A DNA stretch of 63,098 bases, the filler included, from Phoronis australis (lineage: Eukaryota; Animalia; Phoronida): NCBI GenBank assembly GCA_002633005.1. It is 4 parts of 4 records of this genome, joined end to end, with 100 filler letters (N's around TTAATTAATTAA, not from the genome) between each part and the next. Parts side by side here need not be neighbours in the genome. Positions count along the whole stretch, not along the records: positions 1 to 25,835 come from NMRA01001340.1; 3 more parts are not named here. The stretch is one strand, 5' to 3'. Below, piece by piece: positions 1 to 10,400 of the stretch. Numbering within the stretch: the stretch's first letter is position 1; every line of letters starts with the position of its first letter. The notes under the pieces are model-generated. The model ran no database searches, had not been told where the DNA came from, and was given only the letters and a program-made list of their open reading frames with translations. The position numbers were made by a program, and so were the translations under genes.

Positions 1-1097
1 GTAATCTATGACCTACTTTACTCCAGGAGTCCCACCTGTTGTGACCTACTTTTCATTTGGTGAAATTTAGCAGACGACAGGATAAAAATATCGGTGAATC
101 TTCACTGATTTTATTCGAAAGATCATGAAATATATGGAATCGTACAGATAATTGGACTTTAAGGTACATACCCAGCTTTACATGAACATATCGTATCAGT
201 GGCCTTGTTATTTGTTAGGTGAAGGTAGCCCCGAGGCCGAGGGGTTCTTCGGATTTTCTCTAGCTCCTTGAGCACTTATTTTTTCATCGTCTCCTTTACA
301 AATTCCCATATCATGAACGTACGATTCACTGTTGAAAAGCATCGCCTCTTGTCTCTGTCGAAGCGTTTTCAAACAGTGCAAAAACACTCATCGATTCCAC
401 CAGGAACGTCGTTTAGCGGCAGTGTATTTGCCTCTGACATCTCGTTCGAATGTCGGGTATCACGTGACTTTTCGCATAGGGGCGGAGCTTGCGATAGGTC
501 AATTAGGTGCATGTGAAAATGTGTGAAATACTTAACAAAGATCAAGGAGCATGTTTTTTTTTTGATAAAAACATGAATTAAAGTTGATAATCTTTTAAAA
601 ATGGCAAGTGATGACTTGTATTTAATTTTTAATTTAAAGTTAAAATATTTATCGAAATGAAAAGTAGCAAGAATGAAGACAATTCCAAATCAAGGTCTGC
701 GCACTTAAACGGACAGCCACCTGCACCTTTAAATGAAGCATAGGTACATGCGCCTAAATATGCGCCTTAAATTATTTGATAGTATATCTTTGATTCACAC
801 TAAGTATTGTCATTGATGTACAATCTAAATTACTTATATTCAAGACCACATATTTATTCAATCTGTGGCATGTCTACAATTTCAAAATATTTTAGTTTTG
901 ACGATGAAAGATTAAGAAAGAATTTTTAGATGCAAGTCATTTTATTGAGGGTTACACTAAGCCTGTCCGCCCATAAGCATGTCTATGGACATTCTTATTC
1001 TTGACTTTGTATAATATTTCCATGTAGAATGGATTTTTCATGAAGAGTAATCTTGACAATGCCATTGTGTTAGCAACATTTTGGACTTGAGGGTCGA

Positions 1098-1867
1098 ACT
1101 AGTCAGTACAGTGGACTAGTCAGTACAGCGGACTAGCCAGTACAGCGGACTAGCCAGTACAGCGTACTAGCCGGTACAGCGGACTAGCCGGTACAACGGA
1201 CTAGCCAGTACAACGGACTAGCCAGTACAGCGGACTAGCCCGTACAGCGGACTAGCCCGTACAGCGGACTAGCCCGTACAGCGGACTAGCCCGTACAGCG
1301 GACTAGCCCGTACAGCGGACTAGCCCGTACAGCGGACTAGCCCGTACAGCGGACTAGCCCGTACAGCGGACTAGCCCGTACAGCGGACTAGCCCGTACAG
1401 CGGACTAGCCCGTACAGCGGACTAGCCCGTACAGCGGACTAGCCCGTACAGCGGACTAGCCCGTACAGCGGACTAGCCCGTACAGCGGACTAGCCCGTAC
1501 AGCGGACTAGCCCGTACAGCGGACTAGCCCGTACAGCGGACTAGCCCGTACAGCGGACTAGCCCGTACAGCGGACTAGCCCGTACAGCGGACTAGCCCGT
1601 ACAGCGGACTAGCCCGTACAGCGGACTAGCCCGTACAGCGGACTAGCCCGTACAGCGGACTAGCCCGTACAGCGGACTAGCCAGTATAGTGTACTTGTCA
1701 GTACAGTGTACTAGCCAGTACAGTGGACTAGTCTGTACAGTGGACTAGTCAGTACAGTGGACTAATGAGTACAGTGGACTTGTACAGTGGACTAGTCAGT
1801 ACAGTGGACTAGTCAGTACAGTGGACTAGTCAGTACAGTTGACTAGTCAGTATAGTGGACTAGTCAC
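1098..1867. repeat. 17-bp tandem minisatellite (core unit GCGGACTAGCCCGTACA), about 45 copies
   Basis: Read directly. The centre is homogeneous (GGACTAGCCCGTACAGC) and both edges carry variant units (GGACTAGTCAGTACAGT). Confidence 0.97.
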
Positions 1868-2208
1868 TGTAGTGACTTAGAATTTTTCAAGGAGGGTTGT
1901 AAATCTTGTCAGTTGGTCACATGCTAAGTCACTGAAAGCAGTTCTGTGTGAACTCTGTTCTTAGTCATACAACTGTACTTGTTGTACTGTAACTAAAAAC
2001 CAATTATCATAGGGTTTGTGTTCCTGGTTGAGAAGATAGTTGTTTTATTACCCCCTATATATTCTGAAAAGCTGACCCTGAGCCTGAATGATTACTTTTC
2101 CTATTGGCAAGTGCACTATTTAGTGTGTAAGAATGAAATAAAGCATCCCTTCAAAATGTTGTGTGTTTATTTAGTTAACTCATGCTTTGTTTACATTGAT
2201 GTTTGTAG

Positions 2209-2259
2209 ACTGATGATGAGATGATCGCTGCCATGAAGTTGGTGTACTTGAGAATGAAG
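2209..2259 (+). CDS. SRR: Penultimate coding exon of a serine racemase / PLP-dependent Ser-Thr dehydratase-like gene (TDDEMIAAMKLVYLRMK)
   Basis: tttgtAG acceptor and AAG|GTAAGT donor; 51 nt, phase 0/0. Splices in frame to 4180 to give ...KLVYLRMK-LVIEVTAGAG..., matching the serine racemase pattern EDEI..A..LVWERMK.LIEP.AG.GVAAVLS. Confidence 0.8.
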
Positions 2260-3368
2260 GTAAGTGTCAATAGTCTATATTTACTTGAGAATGAAGGTAA
2301 GTGTCAATAGTCTATATTTACTTAAGACTGAAGGTAGTGTCAATAGTTTATATTTACTTGAGACTGAAGGTAGTGTCAATAGTCTATATTTACTTGAGAC
2401 TGAAGGTAGTGTCAATAGTTTATATTTACTTGAGACTGAAGGTAGTGTCAATAGTTTATATTTACTTGAGACTGAAGGTAGTGTCAATAGTCTATATTTA
2501 CTTGAGACTGAAGGTAGTGTCAATAGTCTATATTTACTTGAGACTGAAGGTAGTGTCAATAGTCTATATTTACTTGAGACTGAAGGTAGTGTCAATAGTC
2601 TATATTTACTTGAGACTGAAGGTAGTGTCAATAGTCTATATTTACTTGAGACTGAAGGTAGTGTCAATAGTCTATATTTACTTGAGACTGAAGGTAGTGT
2701 CAATAGTCTATATTTACTTGAGACTGAAGGTAGTGTCAATAGTCTATATTTACTTGAGACTGAAGGTAGTGTCAATAGTCTATATTTACTTGAGACTGAA
2801 GGTAGTGTCAATAGTCTATATTTACTTGAGACTGAAGGTAGTGTCAATAGTCTATATTTACTTGAGACTGAAGGTAGTGTCAATAGTCTATATTTACTTG
2901 AGACTGAAGGTAGTGTCAATAGTCTATATTTACTTGAGACTGAAGGTAGTGTCAATAGTCTATATTTACTTGAGACTGAAGGTAGTGTCAATAGTCTATA
3001 TTTACTTGAGACTGAAGGTAGTGTCAATAGTCTATATTTACTTGAGACTGAAGGTAGTGTCAATAGTCTATATTTACTTGAGACTGAAGGTAGTGTCAAT
3101 AGTCTATATTTACTTGAGACTGAAGGTAGTGTCAATAGTCTATATTTACTTGAGACTGAAGGTAGTGTCAATAGTCTATATTTACTTGAGACTGAAGGTA
3201 GTGTCAATAGTCTATATTTACTTGAGACTGAAGGTAGTGTCAATACTCTATATTTACTTGAGACTGAAGGTAGTGTCAATACTCTATATTTACTTGAGAC
3301 TGAAGGTAGTGTCAATACTCTATATTTACTTGAGACTGATGGTAGTGTCAATAGTTTATATTTACTTG
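2245..3368. repeat. 36-bp tandem minisatellite (TACTTGAGACTGAAGGTAGTGTCAATAGTCTATATT), about 31 copies, intronic, derived from the exon/intron junction
   Basis: Read directly. The first two units are 37 bp and contain AAG|GTAAGT; later units are 36 bp with AAG GTAGTG. Confidence 0.97.
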
Positions 3369-4179
3369 CACTACTCTCGAATATTACTTGTTGAGCTTGT
3401 TATATTATTAAATGTCCTTAGTAATCTGTTAATTATTTCATCATGCTAATTTTAATGATTCTTTAAAGAGCAAGATTGCATATTGACATCACGGATAACA
3501 AAAACTGATGCATGCACGTCCCAGAGCATAAATTTTTGGAATACGTGTCGACCAATCCAGCATCAGTTTTGACAATGCAGTGTATGCATATCATAGCGAA
3601 CGTACAAAAATTATATTTTTGTTCAAAATGAAAAAAAATCAATTGTGTCAGAGGCAAAATCAAACAGGTCACTTCTACTAGTTAAAACAGGTCATGGAAA
3701 ACACTGAAGTGTCGGTGTTATGGATGGTCTGCTGGGTACACTGACAGTTGATATTGGTGAGGTGCTACTGCTATCTCTTTACTTGTACCTATGATAATTT
3801 AAAATTCGGCCAGCTTGGAAGACTACCAAAATGAAATGATCGCTACAGACCGTGTATCTATTATGTCAACTGGCAATGTTGCGTTGGATAATTTGTATCC
3901 CGAAATCCATTGTGTTCATAACATTTCACATTGTCCACTAAAAACGTAAATGGCAAATCTATATTTGTCATAAGTATTTCTGTATTAGGGCAAAACAACT
4001 CTTCAAAAGTTTTCCATGACTGTATTTTTGTAGGATTGGAGCTCATGGGCTGTACTGTCTTGAAGATGAACTATTTCAAATGTGACTTGTCATAGTTTGA
4101 AGTTGACTTCTGAAATCCATGCAGTCTTGCTTTAGGTTATATAATGATGTTCAGTCATGGGCCATTGTGTCTCTTTCAG

Positions 4180-4335
4180 TTGGTGATAGAGGTCACTGCT
4201 GGTGCTGGTGTTGCTGCTGTACTGTCAGAGAGGATGAAGCACATGGACCCGTCTATTAAGAAAGTAGCAGTTATATTATGTGGTGGAAATACAGATTTAG
4301 ATAAGTTACCTTGGTATTCATCACAATTGAGTTAG
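4180..4335 (+). CDS. SRR: Terminal coding exon of the serine racemase-like gene (LVIEVTAGAGVAAVLS...KKVAVILCGGNTDLDKLPW...*)
   Basis: ctctttcAG acceptor at 4178-4179. E-x-(T/S)-A-G-x-G-V-A-A and V-I-L-(C/S)-G-G-N-x-D are C-terminal motifs of fold-type II PLP enzymes of the serine racemase/threonine dehydratase family. Upstream exons were not located in the window. Confidence 0.8.
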   Translation: MVIEVTAGAGVAAVLSERMKHMDPSIKKVAVILCGGNTDLDKLPWYSSQLS

Positions 4336-6422
4336 TCACAGACATTGAAAACTGACATCCCAGTCCAAATAGAAGGGACCTTGTTGAACAAATCTTTGGT
4401 GTAGGGTATTTTGATTGGTAATGATGTTGTTAAATTATTGGTAAAGACAAACTTTACATGAAACAGATTCTACATTGACACTCTCACCTGTCGAGATTGG
4501 GCAACTCCACCGGTTTGCGTACCACAAAATCTACCGAAATAATCAAAGACACCATGCAACTTCATCATCTCTGGAAGCGACAGGCTGCTGATGTTATCGC
4601 TCTCTAGATAATCAGACCCATCATAAACACACTAGGTGCGACAAAAGTATTTTTTAAATTTTCATTTTGAAATTTTTCAAATAGCATATTTGATAGGTTT
4701 TTGAATTTTGAAAATCGGACAAGAAATGTGATTTTTACAACCTAAAACTTTTGAACAATATTGCCAGTATTCTGCTTCTCAATAATTCTGCTGGGTTTGC
4801 AATATAATTGGGCCAATTACCAAACCGCTAGGCAGCAGTTGGAGTTTGAGGTAAGGCAAGTGTCATACAATTCTTGGCATGGGTGTCTGGAAATTGAGTA
4901 TTAAACTATGTTTTTCAACCGTTGCCCCTGAGTGTTGTTGTTTCAGTACTGGGCATCACAGAATATGAGTTAAAAAATGATTGGAGTTTTCATTCGTTAA
5001 TCTTTGTGTAATGAAGTGTCAAATGTAATAAAATTATGACAAATTAATGTATTTCTTACATTCATTATTATGCTCTGTTGACCTGTTCATCAGTCAGTCA
5101 GGCAGTCTGGAAATATTCCACCGACTAAAGCACTATCCTTCGCTGTAATTAACGTTTTAATCCACGTTTTTTGTAAACATTTACAACAATTTGTAACAAC
5201 TCTATTTTTAATGCCCAGTTTTTGGGAATGTATTCTTTTGCTGAAACCCTGTAAAGACTGGACTAAACAAATTGATTGAAAACATCAAGGATTTATGTAT
5301 TACGTAGCAAAACGGAAGTTATTCAGTTGGTGAGAATGACCTATAGTAAATTAGCATAACCGCACAATTCTTTGAGTTTGTGGAATAATTAATTCATTTC
5401 CTTGGATTTCTTTTTCATGGTTCCCACATGCTTTATGCATTTGTTTCTTCCTCAATGCCCATAGTGCTGTAGACAGGGTTCACTTTAACACTAGAGTCCA
5501 CACGACTTGGATCACTGAAGAAAGTTCCCTGTAAATACATGAATAATAGTGATCATCCCTCAGTACATATAGTCAACAATCTATTTGAAGTCATTTCACT
5601 GAATTATGGGTCTGAGACACACTTAGGTTGTGTGTAGCAAGTGTCAGACTACCTTGAACATAGATCTGTTATATAAAAAGAACTTGGACCTCAAGTCACA
5701 AATTTTGTCTTGTGCTTCCACTTCAAAATTACTTAATAAAGATTTATCCATGTAATTATTAACAAATCAGAGACTAGAAACAATTTATACAGATTATCTC
5801 AGTCACAAGCAGTTATTGGTATCTACTCAGAGACTTTGTACGTTTGCTAAAGTGAGATTTATGTTTTCAGAAATAGGTGTGTGGAAGAGAGACCAAATTT
5901 CTGGCTTTTAGTGAAAGGGATTCCTGGGGTATTCATATATGTATTGCTGGTGATTAGGCACAATCTCAAGATTTAGAGTTAACTAGGGTGAGGTCATTGC
6001 TTAATTTTCTTGAAATGCTGAATTCTTCTGCAACAGTTGAGGTTCTGTAGTGTTTGGTGATTATTTCACCTGATTAGTGAGATTGTAATGCTACCAAAGA
6101 TTGTCTAGGATCAATCAAGTTTGTTCCTACAATGCAAGTAGGATAAAATATGATAAATGACTATTAACCCTAAATACAATGCCTTAGTGTATATTTAAGT
6201 GTTAGGAATTTGAAAACGAAAAAGTCTAAGTGAGGATTTACTGAGAGTGCTATGAAACTTGCATATAGTGAGCCAATATATCCAGTCACTTTTATATGTG
6301 ACTAGTGATCCAATATATCTGGTCACTTATATGTGACTAGTCCTGCTCTACTGTCAGTCTTATAAAACAAACCTAACAATGCATCTTCAGTTTTCAGAGA
6401 ATCATGTCAGTTTCTCTCTGAA

Positions 6423-6597
6423 AATTGACCTATCGCCAGGATTTTGAGTGACGGCTTAACTGACCATTTAGAACTCATCATTCTTGACACACCTTTGTTT
6501 CCAAGTTGCAATTTTACCCGACAAACAACACGTTGCCCGGTAAAACTTATTGTTTGTCGACATTACACTAGGGGGCGGAACTTGCGATAAGTCAATT
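6423..6597. mobile_element. MITE with AATTGACCTATCGC-type terminal inverted repeats
   Basis: Ends are AATTGACCTATCGC and GCGATAAGTCAATT. An inverted copy lies at 60729-60883, and a further terminus (GGGGCGGAGCTTGCGATAGGTCAATT) lies at about 479-504. Confidence 0.7.
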
Positions 6598-7254
6598 GTT
6601 GAGAATAAGTTCTCCATGTTGCAATACAGGAAGAGGTTTATGAAACCCCCTATTCCTGGGATCTGAAAAAGAGCCATCTCTCATTGAGAGGACCTAGGAA
6701 ATATTATCACTGACCCACCTCAATTGGACTGTCATACAAAGGATTGTCAAAACCAGCTTTAGGATCGTCTGACAGGGCACTTGAATGGATCTCCTGAAAT
6801 GTTTTGGATCAACTTTAATGATTCACATTTCACTTTGCTGTTTAATATACTGTGAAACTGGATGCCTCGGCCATCCTAGCTAGACATAGTCTGGTTACCT
6901 AATAGCCAAATGTAGTTTCGTGCTTTTTCTTCCCCTATCTCTAATTTCCATCCAATTTTTATGACCTTGGTTTCTACCAGTTCATTGACTGCTGTAGTCC
7001 AAGATGCCTTGGGCGACCTATGAAACCTTTCGACACCACCAAAGAAAAAACGCCGTCTAAATGCCGTTTTTCAAGGGGCTACACGGGGATATTTTTCTCT
7101 GAATTCGGTAACTGTGGTTGGGCCAACATTGCGACATCCTGCAGTATCGGCCCTCCTTCCAAGACGTATTCCACACAGTCGTAGCAGGAATAGAACATTC
7201 GTTTCACTTCAGATTATAGTGGTGTGAGTACCCCCCCCCCCCCCNNNNNNNNNN

Positions 7255-7360
7255 TAGATATCGTGAGTACCCCTCCCCCTCCATGTCCTATGACTCATAG
7301 ATATCGTGAGTACCCCTCCCCCTCCATGTCCTATGACTCTTAGATATCGTGAGTACCCCG
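7255..7360. repeat. Short ~43-bp tandem repeat next to a small gap
   Basis: TAGATATCGTGAGTACCCCTCCCCCTCCATGTCCTATGACTC occurs about 2.5 times. Confidence 0.8.
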
Positions 7361-7454
7361 TGATCAATTTTCGATTTATAACATTCAAACTTCTCCCTTC
7401 CCAACGCAATATCGAACACCGTAATTGCATGTTTGCGTCAGTTACTAGTTGTTC

Positions 7455-10400
7455 CTATAATCTAACCTGTAGTTGCGTTCCATAAGCAGGACTTTCTCCG
7501 AACATCGGGTTGTCAAATCCTCTCACAGACGGATTTCCAGGATCACTGAAGTCCGCTGATACGCTGGGATAGGTGACGTCGGGGCGGAACTGTTTCTTGA
7601 AAGTTAAGAACGACTTGTGTCCCCTTTGTAAAAATTTTGTGGAGCAGTCATTCATAATTGTTACGAGAGTAAGTTAATGAGAAGTTAAGCCAGTAGTAAC
7701 TTAGCACTGCAGGGCGAGTGCTTATTGACAGTTGCGTTTCCCGCGGCTGTCTTTCTAACTTATGTTTGGAAGGTATAGTACAATTGCTTTGGAACGTTAA
7801 AGGTCAATTCTATACAACATAAGAATTGTAAATGGGATTTAGTCGTGATTCATATTTACACTTGGTGGGTACGAATATCCTTTGCTTTTGTATGCCATCC
7901 TGCAACAACAACTGTCGAAATTGGGCTGCCACTAGTATTTTCACCTTCATGTACAAGTTTTCAGCATTATTATGTTGTTCAAGTTTCGATTATGCTCGGA
8001 AGGTTGTGGCGATAGATGACGTACCATTTTCTAGCAACCAGACAGCTGACTGCCACAATTATTAAAATAAATACTGCAACACCGGCCGCCGAGAGTCCTG
8101 CAACTGCATCCGTGGACAACGCTTCTGGAAATAGGAGAAGAGCGACTTTGAAACATCTCATTAAACCGTCTAAAGTGCTAAAGGAAACTAAATTAGAATT
8201 TTTTTCGGAAAAGTGCTTGCTTCTTGGCCAATATACTAGCTTTGCAGTTGTAAGTGGAAGATGTCGACTGACGACTAGAGACGCCAACGAAGGTGCAAGT
8301 TTAATGTTTTCGGTAAAATATCACCAATTTCTGGACGAAAAGTGTTGCCAAAATGGACACTTTTAATGTTATGGATATCCACAAATTTTCAAAACATTAT
8401 TCCGTAGCAGCTGTGGCACAAGACTTGACCATCTAAAACATTTATTTTGGTGCTACATGTCTTTCATGGAAATGAAACTTCACTTGTCAGCCATAATCTG
8501 TTTTTGGTGAGATTTTACCGTACCGCGAATAAATCAGTATACACATGCGCGAAGACCCAAGAGACTCGACAGGCACTTCGAGACAGCGCTTATCTATAAC
8601 TTGATATTGGTTTGTTCGCCTGGGCTGTCTGAATCTGTCTCGGCTCATGCCCATCTCGCTGTGTAGCCTAGTGTGAACCTGAACCAGCAGGCCTACCAAC
8701 ACGCGCTCCCGACTGGGGTCCTGGCTAGGTTGGTGACTGGACAAAACTGCAGAGTTGAACATCTCACTCGATGACTTAAACTTCATTGTTAAGTATATAC
8801 CTGGTGCTTTCACGGAACCTGACGGCACCTTGTCTGTCGGCGTCTTCCCTGTACTTGGCGAAGATGAAGGCTTGACGCCACTTGAAGTGGTTGGGCTTGT
8901 AACGGAAATGGTGATTGGTGGGGCATATGATGAAGTAAGTGAAATCACACGTGCAATGCCGAGAATAGCTGGATCTAGAAGTAAATCATTTGAACTAGCT
9001 GTCTTCACTGATTTCACCTGTGGCGGATCTAAGATATCACAAGGGGGGCCAACATTTTGTCTGTAAACATTTGCTCAAAGCACGATTGTATAGCACCGAA
9101 TGGTGGGAGGTCGGTAGGGGGGTTTGCCCTCCTTCCGCCCAGGAAAATTTTCGGTTTTTTCCTCTGAAAATCAAGCATTTTCCTTGATTACCGAAGTATT
9201 ATCCAAGAAAAAAAGCAAAAAATAAAATAAAACGGAGAAAGTGTCACGGGAAAAACTGCAAATACCACAGACTCGAACTCACGACCTGGCGGATATAGCG
9301 CGCGTGCTTTACCACTAATTTTGAAACTAAGAGACCTACATGTTTATAGTCCACAGCGTTTGCGCGCGAAACTTTCTTTTTGTTATGCTTATTATATGTG
9401 TTATATTTTGTGATGATAAGTTCGTAACAAATTTGTTGTACTTAAAATAGTCTTCAATTGTCCAAAAGCCCCCCCCCACAAATCTGCCTACGTTCACACT
9501 GGTGACTGCAACCTTCATACACCTCTCGTTCTTGCTATTCGTTTGCAAAAACATGAATTCCAATTGATACCGTTTTATAAGAATTCGATTTCAATTTTTA
9601 ATATGGTTTGACATTGTTGCGTATAAAGATTATTATGAAAGGATTGACCTACCGTAGAAGGTGATATGTTTTACATAGAAACAGATACCAATTCTGATTT
9701 TCAGCACCACTGAATACAAAGTAACACGTTTAGTTAACACGGTGCATTACTTAACATGGTGCGTTAATTAATATGTATCTTCATGACGACATTTTGATTA
9801 GACTGAAAATTAATCCAGTGAATCTTCCATCAGTTGAAGCAGGTCATTAACTCAGTCCGTATGGTCCAATCCATGCTTTTATGAAATGTAATTAGAAACG
9901 CTAACTGCTCGTATTAAAAAACAAAACACAAGGTTTTATCGAAAACATTGATCGAAACAATGGTTTACAAAGACAGCGCTGCATGGATATTAAGGGAACA
10001 TATAGAGAAATTTTCTGAATTGCTTTCCAATTATCATTGAACATTTACCTTCGTTCACTTTATCCACTACTAGCTGACCGAGGCGGGCGGCTTTGTAACC
10101 GTGAGGAGTATCATCTCTGAGAACGAGTTGGATCTTATCATCGAATCTCTTAGATACAATCACTTTGACTCCGGTGTACGAGGACTCCTGCATGGAGACC
10201 ATTTTGATTTTAAAAAGACTATCCAAGCAACATGATTTGAATACTTTAGAAGTCACGTACCTTATCACAAAAAGCATTTTCCGGAAATAAACTCTGAAAT
10301 AAAGCCGAAAGCGTATAGTGATTCTCTACAATTTGCTGAACAAACAAACTCTCCGTTAAATTGTTGCGATGCGCTAACTGTTCTTCAAATTGACTGTCAA

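Noticed and set aside
2264-3449. Three 356-382 aa repetitive ORFs
   Set aside because: By-products of a 36-bp unit that lacks stops in some frames; the array is intronic between two racemase exons.
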